Assembly: GCA_036677365.1 (NCBI GenBank)
Contig: JAVBWN010000001.1
Location: 16,664 to 80,663, forward strand
Reading direction: 5' to 3'
DNA length: 64,000 bases
Source: Acholeplasma sp.
GTDB lineage: Bacteria > Bacillota_I > Bacilli_A > Acholeplasmatales > UBA5453
Shown: positions 21,621-31,951 of the stretch, piece by piece
Layout of the letters: every line of letters starts with the position of its first letter
How positions within the stretch are numbered: position 1 is the stretch's first letter
Translations under genes and position numbers: made by a program
Notes under the pieces: model-generated
Databases searched by the model: none
What the model was told of the DNA's origin: nothing
The model's input: the letters and a program-made list of their open reading frames with translations, nothing else

Positions 21621-21869
21621 ATGGCAATCAATTATGATGGACTGATTAAAAATATCGTTACGCCATTGGTGCTTCACCCTGAGGATGTACTTGTTAAAAC
21701 ACTTGCGGATGATGGGAGTGACCTTACAATCCAGGTTCTGGTCAATCAAGAAGACCTAGGCCGTGTCATTGGCAAGGGCGGTAAAATTGCCTCAGCCATT
21801 CGTACAATTGTTTATGCTGGTGCTTCTAAAGAAGGCAAGCACGTTAAAATTGACATTGACGCATTCTAA
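21621..21869 (+). CDS. khpA: KH-domain RNA-binding protein KhpA
   Basis: DLGRVIGKGG...AIRT; conserved position after rpsP. Confidence 0.92.
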   Translation: MAINYDGLIKNIVTPLVLHPEDVLVKTLADDGSDLTIQVLVNQEDLGRVIGKGGKIASAIRTIVYAGASKEGKHVKIDIDAF

Positions 21870-21926
21870 AGAAGAGATGAAAATCTCTTTTTTTTCGACA
21901 AAAAAGCATCCTATTGGATGCTTTTA

Positions 21927-22856
21927 CTATTTTTCAGGATGATATAAAGTGTAGCTGCCTTTACCTTTGGCTTTGGATTGATACATGGTTTTATCGCCTA
22001 AGTTTAGTAAGTTGTGATAACCCTTGTTTTCTTCTGTGATTTGTACAATCCCAATCGAAACACTGATGCCAACTGTTTTCGCAACCTCAGTCAGATTTTC
22101 AATATCTCGGATGATTTTTTCTGCTCGTGCTTTGATTTGTTCTAAAGTATGGTCATAACAATACATGAAGAATTCATCCCCACCCAACCGGTAGTATAAA
22201 ACATTGTGTTCCCATGTACCAATGAAATAGTGGGCAATGTCAATCAGCAATTGGTCACCAGCCTGGTGTCCAAATTGGTCATTCACATACTTGAAGTCAT
22301 CAATATCGAGGTACATGACATAGGAATTTTGGGTGGAAGTTAAGTGATTCATATGTAATTTGAGCGTTTCTCTAGAAAACAACTTCGTTAATGGGTCTTG
22401 ATAGGTTTTTTGATAGTGGATGATTTCAATCGGTGTTTGTTCATAAATCCTCACCACTTGTGCAAACACGATGTGTTTTTGTTTTACATGGTGTCTTGTA
22501 AATGACATATAAAGCCATAAGGGTTCTAGCTGTCTTTTCACAGGGATATATAAATACAATTCCTGATCAAAGGTGTTGAACTTGTTTCGAATGTTTTGAA
22601 TGAAACTGTGTCTACCCTCAACCTCAGCGAGTAAATTGTTCTCATCGACATAAGCAAACAGATTGTTGACAGGGAAATAGGTCCATTCTGGCAGAGATAC
22701 ACTCGATAATTGACCAGAAGTCACACGACACATCAAAGGCTTTTCATCGATATCGATCACGAAAGACACACGTCTATTTGAAGAAAACGCAATCTCGTTA
22801 TAAAAATCGATGTTGTATTCGGTTTTCAGCCAATCTACGACTTTTGGATCAACCAT
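21927..22856 (-). CDS. Diguanylate cyclase (GGDEF) with uncharacterised N-terminal domain
   Basis: DPLTKL, LDIDDFKYVNDQFGHQAGD, RLGGDEF intact; no RxxD I-site five residues before GGDEF. Confidence 0.92.
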   Translation of the reverse strand: MVDPKVVDWLKTEYNIDFYNEIAFSSNRRVSFVIDIDEKPLMCRVTSGQLSSVSLPEWTYFPVNNLFAYVDENNLLAEVEGRHSFIQNIRNKFNTFDQELYLYIPVKRQLEPLWLYMSFTRHHVKQKHIVFAQVVRIYEQTPIEIIHYQKTYQDPLTKLFSRETLKLHMNHLTSTQNSYVMYLDIDDFKYVNDQFGHQAGDQLLIDIAHYFIGTWEHNVLYYRLGGDEFFMYCYDHTLEQIKARAEKIIRDIENLTEVAKTVGISVSIGIVQITEENKGYHNLLNLGDKTMYQSKAKGKGSYTLYHPEK

Positions 22857-23053
22857 GTTGAAATCCCCCCACATTTACCAAATTCATCATATCATATGCG
22901 AAACCGATTACAATACCAAAATCATAAAATCCATCCAATCGACCATCAAAAGGGGATTGGAACCGTTTTCATTTTTCGTGCCATCGAGAAAATGCCCACG
23001 TTCATCCCGGTTTTGATATGATTTTTTTGTGATATAATAGAACAGGTGATATT

Positions 23054-23536
23054 ATGGCTTACGAAATCGGAAAAGTGATCAACACCCATGGCATCAAGGG
23101 TGAGGTCAAAGTCAAAACCAACAGTGACTTTGATCGTTTCAAGAAAAACAAAAAAATATATACAATAATCAAAGATCAAAAGGTCGAACTGAAGATTCAA
23201 ACAGTCAGGGTGGCTTCTGACCATTTGATCATTGGGTTCGATGCATTCGATAACATCAATCAAGTATTGCATCTCAAGGGTGCCGTTCTTTACACAGACG
23301 AAAAACCCAAACTGAAGAAAGATGAATTCCATTATCAAGATTTAATAGGTAAATCCGTATTCAATCAACATAATGCTTGTGTAGGTATCGTCACAGATAT
23401 TTTAGAAGTGCCTCAAGGCCATTTACTCCAAGTCGAAAAAGACGATAAAAAAGCCCTCATTCCTTTTGTGAATGCGTTTGTTAAAACCATCTCAGAAGAC
23501 CGCATCGATATTGAGGAAATCGAGGGATTGTTATGA
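23054..23536 (+). CDS. rimM: Ribosome maturation factor RimM
   Basis: GKVINTHGIKGEVKV, EFHYQDLIG, LIPFV. Confidence 0.95.
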   Translation: MAYEIGKVINTHGIKGEVKVKTNSDFDRFKKNKKIYTIIKDQKVELKIQTVRVASDHLIIGFDAFDNINQVLHLKGAVLYTDEKPKLKKDEFHYQDLIGKSVFNQHNACVGIVTDILEVPQGHLLQVEKDDKKALIPFVNAFVKTISEDRIDIEEIEGLL

Positions 23537-24267
23537 GAATTGACATCGTGACAATTTTTCCAGACATGTTGAAAGCGTGTCTCGATGAATCCATCATTCG
23601 TCGTGCAGTAGGTATCAACTTAGTTGAAATCAACATCATCGATTTGAGGGACTATAGCATACTTAAACACAAAAAAGTGGATGATACGCCTTATGGTGGC
23701 GGGGCAGGGATGCTCATGCAATTTCCACCATTTTATCATGCGATTGAAGCACTCAAGAAAGACAATTCAACGGTGATCATCACCAGTCCTAGAGGGCAAG
23801 TATTCAATCAAAAAATGGCGGAAAGATATGCTTCATTAGAACATTTAATCATTTTAGCCGGCCATTATGAAGGCATCGATGAACGTGTGTATCACTTCAT
23901 CGATGAGGAAGTATCGATGGGGGACTTTGTCTTAACGGGTGGTGAACTCCCGGCAATGATGATTACGGACGCGGTTGTGAGACTTTTAGAGGATGTCATC
24001 AAAAAAGAATCCCATGAAAATGATTCATTTTCGATGGGGTTGTTAGAACACCCACATTATACCAAACCAGCCACGTATAAGGGGTTTGAAGTTCCAGAGG
24101 TTTTACGCAATGGCAACCATCAGGAAATAGCCAAGTGGCGCCGTTATGAAGCGCTTAAACAAACCCTCATAAAACGCCCAGATTTATTAGAAAAAGCGGC
24201 ATTGTCCAAGACCGATTTGAAGATGTTAGAGGACATCAAAAACGAATTGAACAAAGAATCCAAATGA
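23533..24267 (+). CDS. trmD: tRNA (guanine37-N1)-methyltransferase
   Basis: VDDTPYGGGAGM, GHYEGIDER, GDFVLTGGE. Confidence 0.98.
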   Translation: MRIDIVTIFPDMLKACLDESIIRRAVGINLVEINIIDLRDYSILKHKKVDDTPYGGGAGMLMQFPPFYHAIEALKKDNSTVIITSPRGQVFNQKMAERYASLEHLIILAGHYEGIDERVYHFIDEEVSMGDFVLTGGELPAMMITDAVVRLLEDVIKKESHENDSFSMGLLEHPHYTKPATYKGFEVPEVLRNGNHQEIAKWRRYEALKQTLIKRPDLLEKAALSKTDLKMLEDIKNELNKESK

Positions 24268-24348
24268 TTTGTCGATTAAGTCGTAAAAAGACTTGCGCAA
24301 GACCTATATCTATGATATAATACGAAATGCCGTTAAACCGGTAAAGCA

Positions 24349-24382
24349 CAGTGGTCCGCTAGAGAAACCTTTATGAACACTG
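24349..24382 (+). promoter_or_regulatory. L19 leader (ribosomal protein autoregulatory RNA)
   Basis: CAGTG-GTCCGCT...ATGAA-CACTG stem upstream of rplS resembles the L19_leader pattern. Confidence 0.65.
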
Positions 24383-24402
24383 GAAGATTAGGAGTGAGTA
24401 CT

Positions 24403-24765
24403 ATGGCAAGAGCAAAAGGTCAACAATTGATCCAAGAGCTTACGAGCGCATACATGAAGGAAGTTCCAACTTTCTATCCAGGTGATACTGTAAAAGTGTA
24501 TGTCAAAATTAAAGAAGGTAACCGCGAACGTATCCAATTATTCGAAGGATTGGTCATCAAACGTCAAGGTGGCGGTGTCAGTGAAACTTTCACAGTTCGT
24601 AAGATTTCCTATGGCGTCGGTGTAGAAAGAACATTCCCAGTGAATGCACCTACCATCGACAGATTAGAAGTTGCTAGAAGTGGTAAAGTAAGAAGAGCTA
24701 AGCTCAATTACATCAGAACATTATCCACTAAAGCTGCACGTATCAAAGAAAAGAGATCCGTCTAA
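24403..24765 (+). CDS. rplS: 50S ribosomal protein L19
   Basis: [37 protein letters not shown]. Confidence 0.98.
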   Translation: MARAKGQQLIQELTSAYMKEVPTFYPGDTVKVYVKIKEGNRERIQLFEGLVIKRQGGGVSETFTVRKISYGVGVERTFPVNAPTIDRLEVARSGKVRRAKLNYIRTLSTKAARIKEKRSV

Positions 24766-24909
24766 GGAATTAAAACCAGTGAATGCTGGTTTTTTTCTTT
24801 TTAATGGCTTTACAACGCAAAATGAAAACAAATGTAAAAATTTTCATGAAATGCTTGAAAGCCTTTACACGACATGTTATAATAACATGTGTTATAAGGA
24901 GTTGAAATT

Positions 24910-25905
24910 ATGAGCGTAAAAGTAACGATTTATGAAGTAGCCTTAGCGGCAAGAGTCTCATTAGCAACCGTTTCAAGAGTATTAAACAACCCTGAAAAAG
25001 TTAAACCAGACACGAGAGAACGCGTCTTAAAAGTCATTAAAGAACTCGGCTATCGCCCAAATGCGATCGCTAGAGGTTTGGCGAGCCGTAAAACCACCAC
25101 TGTGGGTGTTTTGGTCTCTGATATCACGAGAGCTTCTGTTGCTGAAATGCTTGGGGGTATCTCCGACATCGCGATGAAGTATAGCTATTCAATCAAACTA
25201 TTCTCTGCCCATGAAGATGTCAACATCATCGAACTCATCAACGACATCGTGGCTGAACAAGTCGATGGCGTGTTGATCTTAAACGATGAGCTCGACGCAT
25301 CTAGAATGAAGAAAGTCAAAGAATTATTTGACGAAAACGAAATCCCATTCGTTTTAGCGAACGTGGTCAATGAGGATAGATCTGTACCAAGCGTATCCAT
25401 CGATTATGAAAAAGCAGGGTATGAAATCACCAAATTGATGATTGAAATGGGTAAAAAAGACATTTACATGCTTTCTACCGTGAGAAAATATTCCGTCAAC
25501 GATAAGAAAGAATTGGGCTACACCAGAGCAATGCAAGAAGCACACTTAATGCCACGCGTGTTCAGAACCTCCGGGACGACATCTGTTAACCGTCAACATT
25601 TCGCAAACTTCTTCGCCGATAAGATCATCGATGGTGCCATTGGTGTCCGTGACTCGATTGCCGTATCTTTCATGAATATTGCGAATGAATCTGGCCGTTC
25701 TGTCCCTGAAATGGTATCTGTCGCAGGCTTCCAAAATACGAAGTATGCGCTTTTATCCCGCCCAACCTTGACATCGATTGATATCCCAGTGTATGATATC
25801 GGTGCAGTAGCCATGAGACTATTAACCAAACTCATGAATAAAGAACAACTCGATTCACTTCAAGTTGTATTACCTCACTACATTGTGAGAAGAGAATCAT
25901 TATAG
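24910..25905 (+). CDS. ccpA: LacI-family regulator, probable catabolite control protein A
   Basis: VTIYEVA...VSLATVSRV...YRPNAIARGLASRKTTTVGV; YDIGAVAMRLLTKLMNKE; cre-like TGAAAGCCTTTACA at 24856-24869 in its promoter. Confidence 0.88.
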   Translation: MSVKVTIYEVALAARVSLATVSRVLNNPEKVKPDTRERVLKVIKELGYRPNAIARGLASRKTTTVGVLVSDITRASVAEMLGGISDIAMKYSYSIKLFSAHEDVNIIELINDIVAEQVDGVLILNDELDASRMKKVKELFDENEIPFVLANVVNEDRSVPSVSIDYEKAGYEITKLMIEMGKKDIYMLSTVRKYSVNDKKELGYTRAMQEAHLMPRVFRTSGTTSVNRQHFANFFADKIIDGAIGVRDSIAVSFMNIANESGRSVPEMVSVAGFQNTKYALLSRPTLTSIDIPVYDIGAVAMRLLTKLMNKEQLDSLQVVLPHYIVRRESL

Positions 25906-26105
25906 GGTCGTTGAAAAAAACACAGTAAGCTTAAACTTTAGAACATAGAGACTTTGTGTTAGGTGAAAACAAAGCTGGGTTTAAACTGAATTACACTTTT
26001 GGAGATCCAACAATTAAAAAGAGTGCTATGGGCAACCATAGAACTAAGGTGGTACCACGATTGTTATAGTCGTCCTTAGATTGATTTTTAAGGACGGCTT
26101 TTTAT
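25906..26105 (+). promoter_or_regulatory. T-box riboswitch (Tyr)
   Basis: AGAGA/GGTGA stem I motifs; specifier UAC at 25992-25994; T-box AAGGTGGTACCACG 26046-26059; terminator before tyrS. Confidence 0.93.
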
Positions 26106-26126
26106 TTTATCTAAAGGAGAAGAACC

Positions 26127-27365
26127 ATGACATTATTTGAAGAATTACAATGGCGCGGATTTGTTAAAGACGTATCCAATGAAGCCAAAGCAAAAGATTT
26201 ATTAGACAACCAAAAAACGAAATTTTATTGTGGATTTGACCCTACTGGTCAAAGCTTAACCGTTGGCCACTTGGTCCAAATCGTTAGAATCATGTTGATT
26301 GCGAAATATGGACACACCCCTGTTGTCCTCATTGGTGGCGCAACCGGCCTCATCGGTGACCCAAGACAAACCAGTGAACGTAAATTACTGACTTTAGAAG
26401 AATCCTTACAAAATGCAGAAAAGATCAAAGTTCAATTGTCGCACTTCCAAAAAGAAGCGATTTTTGTCAACAACTACGATTGGATTTCTAAGATCGATAT
26501 GATCCATTTCTTAAGGGATTACGGTAAAAACTTTAACATCAACTACATGTTATCTAAAGAAACCGTGCAAGCGAGACTGGATACAGGGATTTCTTACACC
26601 GAGTTTTCATACATGCTCATCCAAGCGATTGACTGGTTACACCTCTATCAAACCTTAGAATGCAAAATCCAATTTGGTGGGTCTGACCAATGGGGAAACA
26701 TTACGACTGGGTTAGAACTCATCCGTAAAACCGTAGGTGACCAACACGACGCCGTTGCGATGTCATCACCATTATTATTAAAAGCCGATGGTACGAAGTT
26801 TGGTAAGAGCGAGTCCGGGGCATTATGGTTGGATGAATCCTTAACCAGTGCTTATGAACTCTACCAATATTTCTTAAATACAGCCGATGACGATGTGCTC
26901 ACTTATTTCAAGATGCTCACTTTATTATCCAAAGAAGAAATTGAATCGACTGTCGCTACCTCACAACTTGAACCTGAAAAACGCATCGCCCAAAAACGTT
27001 TGGCTGCAGAAATCGTCGAACTCGTTCATGGCAAAGAAAAACTCAATAGTGCCTTGAACGTGACCGAATCTCTATTCTCAGGCGAGTTCTCTAAGTTATC
27101 GCTTAATGAACTTATGATGGCGAAAAAAGGATTAGATTCAATTACAGTTACAAACGAAATCAATGTCCTCGATGCTTTGGTAGATACGAAATTAGCATCC
27201 TCTAAACGTGAAGCCAGAGAGTTTGTAAAAAGTGGTGCAGTCGTTGTCAATGAAGTAAAAGTCAATGACTTTGATGTTCAAATCAATAAGTCTTCAGCAT
27301 ACTTTGAAAAGTATGTTATTATAAAAAGAGGAAAGAAGAAGTTTGCATTGGTGGAACTCATCTAA
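26127..27365 (+). CDS. tyrS: Tyrosine--tRNA ligase
   Basis: YCGFDPT, TVGH (HIGH variant), [17 protein letters not shown]-terminal S4 domain. Confidence 0.97.
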   Translation: MTLFEELQWRGFVKDVSNEAKAKDLLDNQKTKFYCGFDPTGQSLTVGHLVQIVRIMLIAKYGHTPVVLIGGATGLIGDPRQTSERKLLTLEESLQNAEKIKVQLSHFQKEAIFVNNYDWISKIDMIHFLRDYGKNFNINYMLSKETVQARLDTGISYTEFSYMLIQAIDWLHLYQTLECKIQFGGSDQWGNITTGLELIRKTVGDQHDAVAMSSPLLLKADGTKFGKSESGALWLDESLTSAYELYQYFLNTADDDVLTYFKMLTLLSKEEIESTVATSQLEPEKRIAQKRLAAEIVELVHGKEKLNSALNVTESLFSGEFSKLSLNELMMAKKGLDSITVTNEINVLDALVDTKLASSKREAREFVKSGAVVVNEVKVNDFDVQINKSSAYFEKYVIIKRGKKKFALVELI

Positions 27366-27374
27366 GGAGGGTCT

Positions 27375-28211
27375 ATGGACATCATTCTTTATAACCCATT
27401 ATCACGTAACGGTAAGAGTCAAGGAATTGTGGATGAACTGGTATTGAAACTCGAATCTGAAGGTAAAGTAGTGGCTGTTCACAGCATCCTTGAAATCCCC
27501 TCGGTGGCGAATTTCATCCAAGGGGTTCAAAAAGAAGACCGTGTCATCATTTTAGGTGGTGACGGCACACTCCACCATTTGGTCAATTCGATTCGTGGGT
27601 ATGACATCACCCAACCAATCTATGTATTAAAAGCCGGTACGGGTAATGACTTCATTCGAAGCATCCCATCGAAAGACCACTTGATACAAATCAATGACTA
27701 CATCCAAGACTTACCTAAAGTGACCGTGAATGGGGAAGAATCCTTATTCTTAAATGGGACTGGGATTGGTGTCGATGCCTATGTGTGTCACTTAGTCAAC
27801 ACTTCAACCAAAAAGAAATCTGCTGCCAATTATTTCAAAAATGCCCTCAAAGCATTCTTAACTTATAAACCATCGGAGGCCACCGTCACGATTGATGGGG
27901 TTACCAAATCCTACAAAAAGGTTTGGTTCATCCTCGCAGCGAACTCGGTTTACATGGGTGGCGGTATGAAGTTCTCACCAAGTTCTGTTCGTGGCGATGA
28001 TTTGTTGGAATTTTTGATCATTCATCGTGTACCCAGATTCATTTTATTCCTCATTTTCCCAACCATCTATTTTGGAAAACACGTATGGTTCAAACGCTGG
28101 GTGACCATCATCCAAGGGAAAACCATGGATGTGCATTATGGCAAAGTCTCCTTTCTTCAAAAGGATGGCGAATCGGTCAATCATGTCCAATCCATGCACA
28201 TCGAAAGATAA
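27375..28211 (+). CDS. Diacylglycerol/lipid kinase family protein (DAGK/YegS-like)
   Basis: YNPLS, GGDGTL, GTGNDF, FLNGTGIGVDA, YMGGGM, QKDGE. Confidence 0.9.
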   Translation: MDIILYNPLSRNGKSQGIVDELVLKLESEGKVVAVHSILEIPSVANFIQGVQKEDRVIILGGDGTLHHLVNSIRGYDITQPIYVLKAGTGNDFIRSIPSKDHLIQINDYIQDLPKVTVNGEESLFLNGTGIGVDAYVCHLVNTSTKKKSAANYFKNALKAFLTYKPSEATVTIDGVTKSYKKVWFILAANSVYMGGGMKFSPSSVRGDDLLEFLIIHRVPRFILFLIFPTIYFGKHVWFKRWVTIIQGKTMDVHYGKVSFLQKDGESVNHVQSMHIER

Positions 28212-28304
28212 TTCAAAGACGCTTAGTTCAATATAGAACTTGAAGGCGTCTTTTTTCTTTACCATATTTATGGTACGATATAAACATCTTACACGGTGAA
28301 CAAA

Positions 28305-31300
28305 ATGAAGACACTCAGTCAGCTACAACTGAATATGCTACATGCTTCCAAACAGTATGATCACTATCCGATCCAAATCGGGTGTTTTTTAGATTTATCT
28401 CACCTTGAAATCAACCCAGATAAGATTGAATCCTATTTTCATCACATAGACGAATTACATCAAACCATTATCTTATTGGATCATGTACCCTATTGGATCA
28501 ACATTGATCAAAAACCCAAACTCTTATCAATTCATCAAAGAGATACCCAAGCGTTTTTCGAAGCACCATTTGAGTTGAATTCACCTTTCTATCGAATCGC
28601 CATAGAAAGTGAAACCAACCGTCTTCTGTTCGTAGCGAACCATATATTACTCGATGGCACATCGATTCAGTATTTGATGAAGTCGCTGTATCTTCATTTA
28701 CAAGATTTACCGAATGGGGGATTTTCAAAAGCTAAAGAAACACAGCCCATACAACCGGAGGCGCAAGCCTTTTTTGAAGAAAAAATTAGACAAACGCCAC
28801 CTACGTTCATCAAACCTTATCATCATTTTTCAGGGGTACAACCAGCCAAAAGGAAACATGTGGTACTAAAGAAAAATTTCTTAAGTGACGATGTATCATC
28901 ATTTTCATTATCCACTTTGATAGAAGCTGCCATCGTGCTATATTTATCCTACCTATATCCAAAACAACCTGTCCGTTACGGGATGGTTTTAAGCCAAAGA
29001 CAATCGTCTGAAAAAACAGCTTTAGGGATGTTTTCACAAGTGTATCCAATGCATGTCAATATCACGGAAAACCCTACCATAGAGACATTTTTAAAACACA
29101 TTGAACTTACACATCGTCAAGTCTTAAGAAGAAGATTTGTCGATTTTGAAGCATTGTTGGCTTGTTCCAAAGCCCATCACCAAACAACCCAATTGTTTGA
29201 TTTCACAATCATCAATCAAAGTAGACATTATGATGAACACATTCCGATTGAACCCTTGTTTTACCCCTATATAGATCAGTCTTTGGTTATCAATATACTT
29301 GAGGGGGACGATACCCATCTCTACCTAGATTATCAAACCGGTATATATACGGAACCGATGATTGACCGATTGATTAAGAGACTTAAATACATCATCGTTC
29401 AATTGAGTAAACTCAACAATGTGTCTGATGTCTCTGTGTTGTTTGATGAAGAATTGCCCATGATTTTACCTAAAGTAGAGAAAAAACTCATGGATTTGTA
29501 TCATCAAAACTTAGATTCACATCTAGAAGATATCGCCATCATCGACGATCAAGCCATCACTTATCAAAAGCTAGAAACGGATTCAAACCGTTTGAGTCAC
29601 GCATTGGTAAACATCCAAGTAGATACCATTGTCATCGATGGTCATAAGACATATCGATCCATATTGACAATGCTTTCAGCCATCAAGGCAGGAAAACCAT
29701 TTGTTTTTTATACATCAGAAACCAACACCTTTTTGAATCCACCAATCAATATCGACAATTTAGATTGGCAGCACCAATCACCCTTATACATCGATTATCC
29801 TAAAAATCCGATTCTGGCGTATTATTTCACTTCGGGTACTCAAGGTAGAAAACAAATCGCCACTACAAGAGATGCACTTTACAATCATTTGACTGGGGCA
29901 CCTTATATCAGAGAAGCGAAAGATTTAAAACGGATACCTTTATTATCAGCACTTCATTTCGATATGAGTTTGGAAGAAATCTGGGTTGCATTACTGCACA
30001 AAATCACCTTGGTATTGTTCGATGAAGAGACGTTCAAACAACCATCCAAAAGGCTAAACCGTTTTGATCTTTACCCTGTGGACGGAATCACAACCACCCC
30101 TTCAATGATTAAAATCTTAATGGATGACCCTAAACTCATGTCGACTTTGAAATGGCTGGTTTTAGGGGGTGAAACCTTGACACCTGGATTGGTTAAAAGC
30201 ATCCTCGCTTATCCTAACATCCAGTTATACAATAGCTATGGTCCAACCGAAACCACCATCGCTGTCACATCCACTCAGATAACATCCAGTGCGTCTATTT
30301 CCATCGGTAAAGCCCATTCAAACACCCAAGTAATGATTTTCAATGAGAAGCCATTGCCATGGGGAGATATCGGCGAAATCTATGTTCAAGGTATGAATGT
30401 CAGTCCATCGGTAAAGACGGTGATGTATCAAGACAAACCATTTTACCCAACGGGTGACCTAGGTTATCAAGATGAACATGGGGTTATCTATTTTATCGGT
30501 CGAGGTGACCGAACCATTAAACGCCACGGGGTCAGAATCGATTTGAACTGGATGGATCAAAAAATCCAACAACACCCATCGGTCATTCAAGTTTGTTCGG
30601 TGTTTAACCAAAATCAAATCATCAGCTATGTTCAAACCAATCCAAAAGCAGATGAAGACATCGTGAGACAGTACATCTTCAATACACTTTCCCCGCAACA
30701 TAGACCCAATCGAGTGGTGTTCACACAAAACATCACCAAAGAAGGCAAAATCGAAACACGGGATAATGTGAAACAAACCCCGTTTAAACCAAACAACCTA
30801 AAAGAAAAAGCGATTTTTCACGCTTTATCGATTGTATTAAATCATTCAAAATTTAGTCTGGAAGATGGGATTGTTACCCATGGTGGAGACTCACTCTCAG
30901 TCATCCAAATCTTATCCATCTTAGACCAATATGGGTATGCATTGGATACGGAACATTTAGAAACCAAAACAATAGCGGATATTATCCGCGATACACAAAA
31001 ACGAAACATATCTTATAAACAATTGAAAAAGCACCCAAAGGGTCTACCGATTGCAATGGGTAATTGCATATGTCTTTATGGTGGAAATGGATTTTTAGGC
31101 ATCCATTTATTGGATACTTTTATAGAACAAACCGATGCCAAAGTGATATTACCATTACGTGTTTCAAAAGCAGTACTTGAAGAGACTTATGCGTACTATA
31201 TAAAGAAAAAACTAGACACCAGTCGAGTTCAAGTCATACCTTTTGATGCTACGATAGATCACTTAAATATCGATACCATCATCAACGCTACAGGGTATAC

Positions 31301-31937
31301 GAAGTATCAAGGCAAGCCTGAAATCTATGATTACATCAATGTCGATTTCGTATTAGATCTTGCAAATAAAGCGAAAGATTTAGACATCTCTTTAGTTCAT
31401 ATATCCACCTTAGGTATTGGTGCTTATGAACGGGTATTTGATGAAGCACGCAGACGCATTCGAATGACTTTTAGTAACCCTTATTTAACGTCTAAAGCCA
31501 AGGCAGAAGTGGCGTTAAGTGAAATCGAAGGCTTGAATTACAAACTCATTCGTGTGGGTAATCTGACGCCTAGTCTTAACCAAATGGTACCACAAATAGG
31601 TAACGATAATGCTTTTATGAAGGGATTATCCAATTTAGTACACCATCACAATTCAAACTTATATGGCATTCATTTTGATATCACCCCAGTAGATATCGCT
31701 TCAAACGCAATCGTTATGTTTTTAAAATCAACCATGACCATTGGACATGTGGTTCATCCGAATAGATATCACTATGATGGTGATACAAAAGGTATGGCAA
31801 TAGATGAAACCAAGCCAGTGATTCGAAGCGAAAAAACTCAACAAGTCTTAAAGAAATTAGGGTTTAGATACGCAAAATTAGATACCGATTATTTAAAAGC
31901 CATGGGTGAGATTGCTGAAAAAAACAGGGACGTGTAA
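28305..31937 (+). CDS. Single-module NRPS-like enzyme, C-A-T-R (terminal thioester reductase)
   Basis: C: NHILLDG; A: FTSGTQG, FDMS, GGE, NSYGPTETT, YPTGDLG, GRGDRTIKRHGVRID, EGK; T: GGDSLS; R (SDR): GGNGFLG, HISTLG, YLTSK, RVGN. Confidence 0.9.
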   Translation: MKTLSQLQLNMLHASKQYDHYPIQIGCFLDLSHLEINPDKIESYFHHIDELHQTIILLDHVPYWINIDQKPKLLSIHQRDTQAFFEAPFELNSPFYRIAIESETNRLLFVANHILLDGTSIQYLMKSLYLHLQDLPNGGFSKAKETQPIQPEAQAFFEEKIRQTPPTFIKPYHHFSGVQPAKRKHVVLKKNFLSDDVSSFSLSTLIEAAIVLYLSYLYPKQPVRYGMVLSQRQSSEKTALGMFSQVYPMHVNITENPTIETFLKHIELTHRQVLRRRFVDFEALLACSKAHHQTTQLFDFTIINQSRHYDEHIPIEPLFYPYIDQSLVINILEGDDTHLYLDYQTGIYTEPMIDRLIKRLKYIIVQLSKLNNVSDVSVLFDEELPMILPKVEKKLMDLYHQNLDSHLEDIAIIDDQAITYQKLETDSNRLSHALVNIQVDTIVIDGHKTYRSILTMLSAIKAGKPFVFYTSETNTFLNPPINIDNLDWQHQSPLYIDYPKNPILAYYFTSGTQGRKQIATTRDALYNHLTGAPYIREAKDLKRIPLLSALHFDMSLEEIWVALLHKITLVLFDEETFKQPSKRLNRFDLYPVDGITTTPSMIKILMDDPKLMSTLKWLVLGGETLTPGLVKSILAYPNIQLYNSYGPTETTIAVTSTQITSSASISIGKAHSNTQVMIFNEKPLPWGDIGEIYVQGMNVSPSVKTVMYQDKPFYPTGDLGYQDEHGVIYFIGRGDRTIKRHGVRIDLNWMDQKIQQHPSVIQVCSVFNQNQIISYVQTNPKADEDIVRQYIFNTLSPQHRPNRVVFTQNITKEGKIETRDNVKQTPFKPNNLKEKAIFHALSIVLNHSKFSLEDGIVTHGGDSLSVIQILSILDQYGYALDTEHLETKTIADIIRDTQKRNISYKQLKKHPKGLPIAMGNCICLYGGNGFLGIHLLDTFIEQTDAKVILPLRVSKAVLEETYAYYIKKKLDTSRVQVIPFDATIDHLNIDTIINATGYTKYQGKPEIYDYINVDFVLDLANKAKDLDISLVHISTLGIGAYERVFDEARRRIRMTFSNPYLTSKAKAEVALSEIEGLNYKLIRVGNLTPSLNQMVPQIGNDNAFMKGLSNLVHHHNSNLYGIHFDITPVDIASNAIVMFLKSTMTIGHVVHPNRYHYDGDTKGMAIDETKPVIRSEKTQQVLKKLGFRYAKLDTDYLKAMGEIAEKNRDV

Positions 31938-31951
31938 ATGTCCCTGTTGTG

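Noticed and set aside
15765-21925. Near-identical AAAAGCATCC..GGATGCTTTT hairpins at ~15767 and ~21902 as a REP/MITE family
   Set aside because: Only two short copies, both between convergent genes; adequately explained as bidirectional terminators
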